From Blepharisma stoltei ATCC 30299 (Eukaryota; Protista; Ciliophora), in the NCBI GenBank assembly GCA_965603825.1, contig CBFDEM010000026.1, positions 62,001 through 126,000 of the forward strand: a DNA stretch of 64,000 bases. Reading direction: 5' to 3'. The notes under the pieces are model-generated. The model worked only from the letters and a program-made list of their open reading frames with translations. It had not been told where the DNA came from and did not search any database. Positions 35,246 through 47,699 of this stretch are shown here, in pieces; within the stretch, counting starts at the first letter, position 1; every line of letters starts with the position of its first letter. The position numbers were made by a program, and so were the translations under genes.

Positions 35246-38200
35246 TTAAGAGCTCTTAAGCTTATCCCTTTTCTTCATCAAAGCTTCTTGTCTTTTTATT
35301 CCTTTCTTCCTCTTATTCATAATTTCTTGCCTCCATTTGAAATTCCATTTCTTCTGATGCTTTATTTCAATTTCTTTATTTTGTAGGATAATTACATTTT
35401 TCCATAAATTCATACGTTTTATTGCCGCTTCTATTTCTTGGATAGAATTTTTTATGGTTTCAGAACAGTCAATATCTTGTGAAGTTATACAATTTATGAT
35501 GCTGCTAAAGACTGTTAAAAGCCAATTCATTTGTTTTAGCAAGTAATGGAAATCTAATGGTTTCTTTAAGCTTGCTTTGTATATGCAATCATTGATTTCT
35601 GCTTGGAATTCTTCTATTATTGAAATTATTTTTAAGAAATTTTTGGATTTTCAGTCTTTTTTGAAAGATAGGGTTTCTTGGACTTTTGAAGATAAAGAGG
35701 AAAACAGAATTTGCTGCTGAATATTCGACCTTTGCACTCTTTTTCTATATTTTTTAAGCTTCCTTAATATATAGACTTTTTCATGATGGGCTGCAAAAAG
35801 CCTAGTTTCAGAAATCCACGAATTATTAAGCCTCTGCAAACTTTCCTCTTCACTAATCAATTCTTCATGAATAACCATAATTTCCCCATTTTTTAGAGGT
35901 GAAGACTGGCTAATTGCTTGATATTCTTCTAGAGCTGCCAAATTGGCTATTTCTGCAATTTCTTGTATTTCATTTGTTATTCCAATCAGCTCGAATTCTC
36001 GATTTAATTGCACTTTTGTCATTGATTCATATAAAATGCTTGGATTTCCATATTGAATAATTAATAGCAAGAATCCATAGATTTTTGAGGCCAGTCTTGA
36101 TTTTGATTTTATGCTTGTATCAGATTTATTGATTTGGCTTAAAATTTTAACTGTCCATTCAAAAAGCTCTGCTGAAATAGATGGCCGTTTTCCTTGAGCG
36201 ACTCCTTTAATTATAATATCACCGTTTCGAGTATATTGGCTCTTAGGTAAATATTTATTGTGAAATTTGGATAATTTTATAGGTGTTCCTAAAGAAATAG
36301 CCCAGCAAATTACGGCTTTTTCAGTTAATTTGATGACTTGCTCAATATCTATTTCGAAGAATTGAGCATTTAATAAGGACAAAATTGAAGTTGAAGCAGA
36401 TTCAAAGGAGCCTTGGTCAAAATAAGAGTCAATATCTAAGTAAGCAACAGCATGATGATAAAATGAATGATTTTTAAACATTTTTTCACCAGAAGCTGAT
36501 ATAGTAGGTTTGAGTCTTTGGTTTAGCATTTCATGAAAATAAATAGAATACCCTGATAGCTTGCAGAGTTCATAAGACATGAAGAGCTCTTCTACAATTT
36601 CAGTTGGTTCATTCGATTTCCCTGACAATTCCATAAATATTTGCGCCTGAGAAAATAAAGCGTGACTCGCTAGCTTTGTCAGTTTCACTTCAGCTTTAGG
36701 CATAAATGAGCATTTTTCTATAATTAAATTAAGTAAGTTCTCCTTATTCTCTACACTATTGTCCTTATATTTCTGTATCTCTTTTTCAAGAAACGCAATT
36801 TCTTTTTTATTTTGTTTTTTTATAAAATTTATTGATTTTCTATCTCCATCAGCCAAATCAATAATTCTTTGAAGCCTTTTCTTGTTTATTGAGTATTCTT
36901 TATATTCAATAGATTCTTTTAAGAATGCTGATGATAAGTTTTCAAGCTTGTAAGGATTTCCATCAATATGGGAATTGATGAAATTTATCATTCATAGCTC
37001 TCCATATCTATTTATGAGGGCACTGGCTGTTTCAGGATATTTTTTTGATTTTGGGTAGATATTTCTCTCTTTTATTATAGATGTTAATGAAGTAACAATT
37101 TCTTTGGAAAATGCTTTTAGTATGTTTTCTATTGGGAGAATTAAAAATTGCCCTTCTGTATCAACAGTATAGACTCTTTCTATATCTGAAAGATTGATTG
37201 ATTGCAGCAAGATATTATTCTTATGCATTAAAACATGTGAAAAATAAGGAAATGCTGCCATTGCTGGAGAAGAAATTAATTGCCGTATACCAAGAGGCGC
37301 CAACATAGCGAAAACCAAGGTTGAATAACGAGAATCAAGTACTTGGGCATTGAAGCATAATAATTTTATAGCCATACTTGAAATCAGCAAAATTTCTTCA
37401 AAATCCTCATATGGTAGTTTCTGTAAGAAAGATTTTATTGCAGGTTGATAATTGGATCCCAGCAATAATTGTGTAAAAAATGATAAGGCATCCCAAGCTC
37501 TACACTCATCTATAATCTCTTTAAAACCTTTTCCTCGAAGGAAATCCTTAATTTCCCCAACGCTTTGCCTGAAACAATTCATAAGCACAGAATCATCTTG
37601 TTTATGAATAAATTTCCAGAAATTTTCATTATAAAAAAAGTATTCTGGGAAATTCGGAAATTTTTTGATAGAAGAGCAAGTAGACTTCTGAGTCACAAAA
37701 TAAAGTGTGTTAAGACTGCAAATAACAGAATCCAAAGCAATTTTAGCAGCTCTAACTTCTTCATAATTGCTAGGAGTATTAAAAGGAAGCCATGCAAAGC
37801 TTTCTTCATTAATTTTCTCCAAAAAGTCAGAATTTTCAAAAATCAAATAGATATTTTTAAAATTTTTAAAATCCATAAACGAAGAAGTCACTGCTAAAGA
37901 ATTTTCTCTATCCATAATATATACAGTTTTCTTCCAATATCCTAATAAAAGCAGCCCTCTAAACGACTCAATCCCCAAGTTTTTCCCATCAAAATCCTTT
38001 TTCAATGCCAAATATTCAGGATTAATCATTTCCAGCACATTATGAACAGCTGAAAACGCTAAATTTGCCCTTTGTGATTGTGCCTTTATAAAATTTGGCT
38101 TGTTTAAATCACTTGGTTTTAATAAAGGATTATTGGAATATTTAAAAGCTACTGATACGACATAGCGTCCAAGCCTTTCTTCTAACTGATACCTATTGCA

Positions 38201-41200
38201 TACAAACAAGCACAATTTATACATCCCAAACTCCTCCAAAGCGTCTAAAATTATTCCCAAAAGTTCAGGAGAAATTTCATCTAAATCAATCAGTTCCCAG
38301 GATTCAGCAATTTTTTGTGTGCTAATAAGAGATTCTGCAGATTTAAAAGAGTTTAGGAAGGAAGACACGTCTGAGGAGAACATCCCGACGTATTCAATTA
38401 TTTTTAGCATAGCTTGGTCTTCAATGAAAATGTCGGTTTTTGTATTGATGAGCTTTCCGCCTTGGTTGAGAGATGCTGTATGGGGATTGTCAATAATGGA
38501 ATAGTCTGAAAGAATGGAGTCTTTATTAAGAGTCGGGCTTAAAGAGTCTATCACAGAGCCTGAGTCCGAAATAAGTCATTCGTCTTTAGGGTCAATATCT
38601 TGTAAAACCTCAAAAATTTCATCATCGTCTTTTATCATACTAAAACTGTCAGCTGAGTTTCCTATTAAAGTAAAAGAATTATGGGATTCTTGAATTAGAG
38701 AAAAAGACTCTTCTGATGCTGGCTCCTCTTTTTCTTCCTCATTTTCTTCCTCTTTTTCTTCAACAATTGTATTTTTATCCTCATCTAAAGTCAGGAAAGC
38801 CTGTGGCATCAAATTTTCTAAAGCCAATGGGACATATTTTTTTATAAATTTCTGCCTTTCCTTATCAGCCATATTATTTCTACATTTATATATACAGTGC
38901 ACCAATTTGTCCCATTTTCTTCCACATCTATAGGCATCTATAGCTCTTATATACTCAAATTTCTCAGTAAATAAATCTCCAGCAGCCTCATAATGCCCAC
39001 TTGCCAAATATGCTTCTGCAGCTTGGCTTATAAGCCCAATACTTTGATAAATATCAGCTGCCCTTTCATTTTCTTTTGCTGACGCAAAACACCTCGCTGC
39101 TTCTTTCAGCATAAATTCCTTCTCGTCAATTTCAGAAATCCTCAAAAATTCATTCCCAGCTGAAATAAATTCATTTTTTGCTTTTTCTTCTATTTCTTTG
39201 CATTCTTTTTTGAAGTTTCTGTTTTTTGCAGGCCACCATCTCTTTTTTTCTGCGGAAATTAGCTCAGAAGCTTGGCTTGCTTTAAAATAGGCTAAAGCTT
39301 TGGATTCTAGTAAAATGTTGTCAGCAGCCCTAAAGCATTTGGCAGCTTGCTCGTAAAATTGGTGTGACATCATTTTTTGGCCTTGTTCGGTCCATTCTTC
39401 TTTGGTAGAAGCTTTAGTAAAAGTCTGGAACAGTGGGTTTTGGAGGGTTTCAGAATTTTTGAACGTCCCTATTCTTTCTCAGTATGATTGGATTTTTTCT
39501 CTATATTCTGGGTTATCATCATATATGATGAGTCTTATTTTTGGTCGTGTAATGGCGACGTATAGCTGTTTTAGCTCTGTGCAAAGAGTTGAATATTTAT
39601 TTTTATTTATGAGCTTGCTACGGGTTAGCTTAGGTGTTTCATTTTCTAAGTCTTCAAGGCTGCTAGGTTTATAATTAGGGTCATCTTGAATTTTTCCTAT
39701 ATAATCTATGCCATTTCTATTACTCGAGCTTCTCAATTTATTACTATAACTAATAATTTATATAAAAAATACCATAATCCTTATTTTTAATAATAAAATG
39801 GTATAGAGCTTTCCAACACCTAACAGGCATCTCTGAATCAGTAAAAACATTATAAAGAATGACATCATCAAACTCCAACCCTTTTGCTTCATAAACAGTC
39901 AGGCAGAGAGCTGTATTTAATGATGAGGGAAGCTTAAATTTTGAGCTTTGATTTCTTACAATGACTACTTGGCTGCAGCCAAACTGTATATTTGACAATT
40001 GAGGATTTTCTTCACTACTGCAATACAAAACTTCTAGCAAATCTTCAGGATTTCCACTGTTAATGATAATAGGATGTGGGCCATCTTTTAAGCTTTTTTC
40101 TTTACCCATCTTGTCTATAGTCAGCGGGAATAAAGTTTCTAATAGAGCCACAACTGAATTTGCGAGCTCTAAGATTTGGTTGTGAGATCTGAAATTAATT
40201 GTAAGTTGTCGGACTGTAGGAGGCGTCATAGACGCCTCAAAAAACAAGCTTTTTAAGTCACAGAATCTAAAGCCAACACCTTTTGCGATTGTTTGGGCGG
40301 TGTCTCCTGAAAAAACTAATTTTTGGTCTGTAACCTGCATAAGCAAGTTCAGAGTCGCAGACGTCAAATCTTGGACTTCATCAATCATCATATAATGAAT
40401 TGGGATCCCTTTATACCCATGATAGTGGATTTCGCACAAAATATAATTCACAAGGTCCTGGAAATCATACCCATTGACGCTCCTTTTCCAGTCCTCATAG
40501 AGCCCAAAAGCTCTATATACCTCAACTTTTTCTTCTTTTGACAGCATTGATGATTTCCTACCTAACTCAAGATACTCTTCTTGGCTTAGGTAAAAACCTC
40601 TTGACAAATATGCTTTTGGGCTGCCTTTAATATAAGCAGAAATTTCTGTCCACAAAATCAACGGTGAAAATTTATTTTTCCACGTCAAGCTGGGATAAAA
40701 TCTTTCAGAAAAAGCTGCGAAATCGATTTCCCAGCTTCTTATTTGTCGCTGGCTTTCGTCTCAATCTGTCTCATAGTATTTATTATATTCTTCATCAGAA
40801 TCGCTATCACTGATAAATTCAGACTGTTCTCTTTTTTTCTTTTTATAGTCTTTGCTTATTTCAAGGGCTCCCTTTTGCTCATTGTGCCATTCGAAATTGC
40901 AGGAGGAACCTATTACTCTACCGTTTTTGTCTCTGGAGAAAAAGGGCCTTTCTAGGCTACCATCTATCATTAAGACTAGTTTTCTTATAGTAGCGAATAA
41001 TGGGAAATCCTCGTTTTTAAGCAATTTCATTGAGTGTGGGCCTGTATTTATTTCTTTTTCGATTTCTTCAACTTGTGTGAGCTGAGGATTTTCCTTTTTT
41101 AATTCTATTTCTTTTTCTTCTTCTAGATTTTGCTGTTTCTCTTTTGATTTGAGGCCATTTTTTATTAATTTTTTGAGTTTTTTGTAATAAATTTTGACTT

Positions 41201-42476
41201 CATTAGTAAGGACTGGAGAAGCAGTGGCAAAAACAAAATGAAGAGGTAATGGATTATCTATATCTTCAGCTTTTAATTTTTTATTTTTTTGCATTTTATA
41301 TCGAAACAAAATTTCAGCCGAAAACATCCTCAACAATGAACAAGTAGTTTTCCCTGTCCCAGACCTTCCAATGGTAAGAACATTTCCTGGAGTGCTTATA
41401 AGCTCTAATTCTTCATCTGTTAATTTTAAAGTCATATTTGGAAGTGTTTTCAGCAATCTAATAAAGTCTTTGCAGCTATTTTCTTCACTTAAAAGCTTGA
41501 CTAAATTATTTTTGAACTTTTCTTTTTTTTCTCAATTTTCCAAAATATCTGGGTCAGTTCATATCCACCTTCTAATCCCTGCATCGAATGCTATACTGTT
41601 TGACTCTTCTTCAGTTAAAAATAGCTGCGGAATTATTATAGGATAAAACCTGCCCATAGCATTTCTTCATTGATTATTAATGCCTAAACACCCAATTCAG
41701 TCAGAATACTCAAGCCATCGGTCAGGATCTTCTCTGATATCATCACAAAAATTATCTACTTCGTTGGGAACTAAGTTAGTATTATCGACTACAGAAAGCA
41801 ATTTAATGTATTGCTCGTATGAGTACTCAATAACTTTGTGGTCTTTGATCACAGGAATTCTCTCAACTATGCATGCAGCAATTCCATGTCATTGAATATT
41901 AGAATTAAAACTATCATAATCTTCCTCAATAAATGGGAAACTAAAAAATACCATCCCTATGCAAGGACCAGTTCTTATTATCTCGCAATTATAGCCCTCT
42001 AATATGAACCCAAGGCTAAATTCTATCATTTTTTTAAGGAGTGCAACTTTTAGCTCTCGACAAGAATCCTTGATTTTATCGAAAGCTTTTTCAGAAACCC
42101 TAAATCTCCAAGGCACCTGACTTACACCTTCAAAGATATCACAGGATTTTCAGAATGCTGACATCATGCTATGATCTATAATATTGCCAGGCTTCCAAAG
42201 TGTTATCTCACCTGAAAAATGGTCTTTTTCGTATTTTTCAATTTCATGTGGTAAGTATGTAGTTCAAATTTCGTAAGGGTCGTCTATGACTTCTTTATAG
42301 TTAATTGGCATGAAAGAGCTGAACTCGTAATACATCTGCCATAAATTGGCGACCATTTTTGAATGGATTTCTTCAACGAGAGATGCTATTGTGGCCTTTA
42401 GCTTTGAGGACTGGTTGGAATCTTGGCCAAGAATAGAACTGCTTTGTGCTTTTTTAGACTTCTTTGGAAAATCCAT
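35246..42476 (-). CDS. TRANK1/LBA1-like giant protein with a UvrD-like SF1 helicase and TPR-like repeats (~2385 aa)
   Basis: Nine track ORFs join with TGA=W. Walker A GRSGTGKTT, Walker B MIDEVQD, GDTAQTI, LTINFRS, AKGLEF, ELKQLYVAITR, STKEEW..QG..FYEQAAKCF. One frame break at ~39706-39779. Confidence 0.85.
39701..39779 (-). other. 67-nt insertion between GATTAT direct repeats (73-bp IES-like unit, or a 67-nt GT-AG intron)
   Basis: Minus strand: GATTAT-ggtattttt...atggcata-GATTAT. It contains an in-frame TAG; either removal restores the helicase ORF. Confidence 0.6.
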
Positions 42477-43185
42477 TTAAAATATATCGAATCTGAAACT
42501 GTCCAGGAAAAATGGCGTTTCACTCAAAAATTTTTCAGGAGTCTTAAATCGAGGTTATGGATCATATATTAATTTCATAGCTTTATTATGTTTATAATCA
42601 ACATTTAAGGTCAAAAGATGTTTGATATAAATAAGCAGTATTTTAAAAAAAACTTCACTATAACTAAATATTTAAAATGATATAGCATCTGAGAAAGCTA
42701 TTAAAGAAAATAGTTTATATAGTAATTGGAAGACAATTAAAGGTTTTTGAGTTTTTAGAGGTTAAAAATGTATTATATTCTACATAAAAAAGTTTTTATA
42801 AATATTGCTATATTATCTATTATTATTTAATGAATACAGTATTTCATATCGAAAAAGATCATTGAATAATTAATATTTAATGCTATATTAACTTATATCT
42901 TTAAACCCATATAAGATCCTTATATCTCATCATTTAGGTTCCGGAATTAATATATCATAATAACACAGAAAATCACGAATTTTCAGCAAAAAACCCTTTT
43001 CTGGAATTATTTTATGTGAATTAAGGTATCTTTTCTAATAATTAATTGTATAAGTCTAGTGCAAAATGCTAAAGATAATGTAGGATGCCAATCTCTCTAT
43101 TATTTCCTATCTTCAATGATAATTAAATCTAATCATATCAAAAATCAATTGAAAATGCGTTTTTCTAATAATATTTACTCAGAAA

Positions 43186-44271
43186 ATGGATAAAAAATGT
43201 AATGCTAATTTAGGTTCGAAAGCTCCTTTATATATGCTTTTCTTTTACCTCACGATGACCTTCCTGATGCTTCTCAATGCTTCTGATTTATCTAATACCA
43301 ACAGCTTGATTTGTTTGCCTTTTTGAACGGTTTGATTACTCGTAGTCTTCTTTTACTCCCGTGCTTCTTTAAAAAACCCAGGCTATATTATTCCTGATCT
43401 CTCTTGAATGAATGATTTTAAAATGAAGCCTAATGAGCAGACAGATCAATCCTCAAAAGATTCATCTCGCGTAAAGAAAGATTCAGAACCAAAATCAGTA
43501 GAATCTCCTAAATTTTTAAAATTCCAAGACGAAAGAAGCTCAATGCTCCACGACAATTGTATTTCTACAGTCCAGCCAAACTCTGAGCCAATAAGAAGTC
43601 AACCAATCCAATCTTTTACAGAAATTTTGCCTAACAACGAAGATTCCTATACAACTTACAGCGGAAATGGGAGTTTTGAAAACCAAGAAATTGTTGAAGA
43701 CCAAGAAAACGAAATAATCAGCCAAGAGTCAGCTGTAATTGAGACGAGATATTGCATGATATGCAAACTTGACCAGCCAATCAGAGCTAAACACTGCAAA
43801 GAGTGCGGAAAATGTGTAGCTTTGCATGACCATCATTGTCCATGGCTAGGTGTTTGTGTAGGGGAAAAAAACAGACGAGAATTTTATTGGTATTTAGTGT
43901 TTCAATGCACTGAGCTGTGAATTTCTGATATAGTAAATATTCTGAGCTTTCAAAGCGAGGATGATGTAGTTGCATGAATTTTGGAAAATTGCACAAGGAT
44001 AATTTCTGTTGTGCTTTTGGCGTTTTTTACATTGATGGTCAGCAGCCTTTTGGGGTTTCATACTTATATAGCTTTAAATAATGTGACGACGTGGGAGATT
44101 ATGTCATGAGGAAAAATTTCGTATTTGAAAAATTTTCCATCGGAAATGGGAAGCCCATTTAGTAAAGGATATTTGAAAAATCTGTATATTTACTGCTGCG
44201 AAAAATTGCCTAAGGGGCATAAGATATGGACTGTGACTCAGGCGAGCGTTGTGAATCAAGTTAAAGTATAA
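43186..44271 (+). CDS. DHHC palmitoyltransferase
   Basis: NPG motif, CxxC...RAKHCKECGKCV..HDHHCPWLGVCVGEKN, NVTTWE, PFSKG; internal TGA=W. Possible in-frame 15-nt intron at 43199-43213. Confidence 0.92.
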
Positions 44272-44482
44272 TTTGATAATTTATTTATAATGTTAAACCA
44301 AAATAGTTAGCATTAGAGATTTTTAAGGATAGGACCTATTTTTGGTATATTTGCGAATAAACTGAGGACATTTATTATAATTTCTTATAATTTAAGAAAT
44401 TTCCTGTAATATTGCTTGGTCTCTAGCTTTCTGAACAAATAACCTTCTAAGTAAGAATGATAAATCCTCAAATTTTTTTGAT

Positions 44483-45076
44483 TTAAGGTATTATTAACTT
44501 ATTCGCTATCTTGCTTGCCAAAGAGAAAGTGAGCTGAATTAGCTTATTAGCATGAATATTTTCCTTTATTGAAATTTCCAAATAAATTATCCCAATTTCA
44601 TCAGCCAAATCTTTTGCTTCTTCATATGAGATTTCTCGATAACTCTCTAAATCCGATTTATTCCCAACTAAAACAGTCTCAAGCCAATTTTCAGTGTTTT
44701 CTTTTATTTTATATATCCACTCCTTGGCATTCATAAAACTCTCTCTTCTTGTTAAATCAAAAACAATAAAAACTCCATTAATTCAACTGTCAATCCTCAA
44801 TGGTAGATCTGCTGGTCTCTCTCATTGTCCTGAATTCCACAGCTCAAGCCGAATAGTTTTTCCAAAAAGTTTTAAAACTTTTATGAAAATCTTTATAAAA
44901 ATTACATCATCACGAGGAATAGGTCTAGGATTATTGGAGTTGTAAAAATTTAATATGCTTGTTTTCCCAACAGCATGATCTCCTAGAACGACAAGTCTTA
45001 TGATGCAATCGCTTTATAGAAATCACCAATGCTCAAAAAATGTTTCAGAGATCGCCATTGTTCTGATAAGTTCCAT
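44483..45076 (-). CDS. Divergent Rab-like small GTPase (~187 aa)
   Basis: P-loop GDHAVGKTS, G4 GNKSDL, G5-like EISIK; 15-nt introns at 45012-45026 and 44891-44905. Confidence 0.78.
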
Positions 45077-45283
45077 TTAATTGGAAATTATCTTTTAATA
45101 TGCTATGGCCTGCAGCAAATTAAAGCTGGTTTTGTAGAATTTTAAACTTTTCTGAAGGGATTTCCAATATTTTTAGTTATATAGTGATGCAATTTTGAAC
45201 CAAATTTAAATTATTTTGCTGTTTTTGGAGATTATTAAGATTTCAAATTAAAAACCTTCAATTAGTTAATAATTGTTAAATTA

Positions 45284-46465
45284 ATGGAGGCGAAATCACT
45301 TACTTCTGATGTATGAATTGACTTCAGACAGATGGCAAAGAATGCAAAAACTATAGATATCGCAAAACTGATTTGTAAGCAAATTGAAGGTACTGAAAGA
45401 GAATTATCTCCATCAGATATTATCTTGTATGCTAACGGCAGACGGCTTTATCCTAACGAAAAGCGTGATGAAAAGAATTGGCTGCACCTCTCATTTATGT
45501 TTGCACCCAACGTCCCGATATGGAAAATCCATTACAGAATCAGCTATCTCAAAATAGCTGGGCTGATCAGTTTTCCATTTCCCGAGAGATATACAATTTA
45601 TGACCTACTGAATAAGATCATCGAGCGTATTTCTCTTGACAATAATTCAGATTTTAGACAAATTAAATTCAAGTGCTACGATATATTGAGCCCTGATGCT
45701 CCATTGCAAGTAATAAATAATGCTTGCTCGCTAAACATTATATTCAAAAATGATAAAGTTTATACCCTTGCTTATGTACGTGTTTTAATAAGTTTTGATG
45801 ACGGAAGCTCAACATGGGTATACATCAAAGGACAATCAAAAATCATAAAATTAAAATGAATTCTAGCCTGCAAAGGTAAAAAGGTCGATCGACTGGTCAA
45901 AAACAACATGCTTTTAAATGACAATGAAACCATCGAAAATCTAGGCATTAAAGATGGTGATATTATTGAAGCCCAGCATGGAGCCTTAGGTGGGGCTACA
46001 AATGCTGGCTTTATATTTGCCAATCTTTCCCATGAAAAAGAAGTCCATTTGAAATTTGATGAAAATGCTCCAGCCTGAAGAACTGCAAAAAGAGGAATTT
46101 CTTTTAAAACTAAATGCTACAACCCTGAATGTGAAGCCTCAAGAGAGGGGTTTATTTTAGTCAATAAAGGATTTGGAGTTTTTAATATTGGGGAAACTAC
46201 GACTGATTTATATTGCCCAGTTTGTAAGCGAAAAGCAGCAGATGCAGAAAATTGTGGATTTTTTGACTGCAAATGGAGATTTAGAGGGGTAAAGAGTCAT
46301 AGAAGTGACGAAATTAGCATGCCGATTGAATCTGAAACATGTGAAGCTGGGAGAGATAGCTATACCACTTTTGAAGAGTATGGGGAAAGATGGAATTGGA
46401 TTAAAGTTGAAGTTAGAGAAAAAGGAGAAGAATATTGATTGAGTACAAAAAAAGATTGGAATTAA
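45284..46465 (+). CDS. Ubiquitin-like domain(s) ending in LGG, fused to a Cys-rich C-terminal domain (~393 aa)
   Basis: TGA=W readthrough. LLNDNETIENLGIKDGDIIEAQHGALGG, then APAWR..KCYNPEC..GFG..CPVC..CGFFDCKW; TAA at 46463. Confidence 0.72.
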
Positions 46466-47699
46466 GTATAATAAATGATTTTTATTATAATAAAATCTAT
46501 TTGTTATTGAAAGCTTGATTTTGATGTAAATATATTAAAAACTCATTAACTCATCATTAGATTTAAACGCAATCGAAATTTGACATATAAAAATAATGGT
46601 CACAAAAACCAACTTGAAATCAGTTGGTTATTTATGGTAATTTTCCAAAGCAAGGCTTAACACACATATTTTACAGAGATCAGAAATCAAAATTCAAAAT
46701 TGCAAACCTCTAAACAAAAATGATTCTTTATTCAGCAGCCCTTATGGGCTTTTATTAATTATTAATCAGTCACTTAAGGATCTTTGATTTTTTTTCCTTC
46801 CCTTCTCTGCAGTGCAATCTTTTAGCTTCCTTTCTGGTTTTGCTTTTGGCTTTTCTGTTGTAGCTCTTTTGTTGGCTTCCTGCTAGCTTTGTTGATTTAA
46901 AGCTATAGTATTTTATCAAGTGACGACAAAACTTCAAAGTGGTCTACCTTGGTAAAATAAGGGCTGCTATAAAAATAAAAGATTGTTTAAAAATAAATAG
47001 ACATAGGATTAATGTATGTAAAATGAAATGTTTTAAAAAATGACTTTAAGAAATTATAGACTAATCGAAGGAGGAACAAAAAACTAATAGACTAAAATAA
47101 AAGAAAGCATTTTAATTGAAGAAATTTTAAGCCTAAATTGCAAGCAGCTGTTTATTAAATAAAAAATGAACAATTTAGCTTTATGCAATTTGCATTTGTC
47201 AAGATACTGCGATTTAAAGCATATATTAGATTGAAATCTAATAAAATATTGCATCATTTTATCTATTGCCAGATTTCAATTGAATTCAGGAAGCTTTTGT
47301 TTCCTATTTCGATATAAAATCAAAATGAATTAAGAGAATGAGACCATCAAAGTAAGGCATCAATCAAATATTTATTTGATTTTCTCAATATATGCTTCAT
47401 TTATGCAACTGTTTTGATGATAAAAATATAGAGATATCCATCAATAGTAGCCTAATTTACCTTCTAATTATCTTTATAATGATTTCTCATAAATGAAATA
47501 ATAAACGAGAATTATTTTCCTATTTCTCTAAAATAGCTTAATTTGCATTCTCATGAAAAATCAAAATCCCAAGGTAAGTGCTTCTATTTCAAGCTTCCTT
47601 TTAATTCAGCGATATAAAAGTGAATTTTTATTTAATATCAGTATTATTAAAACCCTCTACAAATGTTTTCTCTATTCATATTCAAAAAATCTCCTTTAA

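Noticed and set aside
35246-42476. Operon-like run of many separate ORFs, or selenoprotein UGA recoding
   Set aside because: The ORFs are in one frame joined by TGA at Trp-like positions: one gene under the UGA=Trp code.
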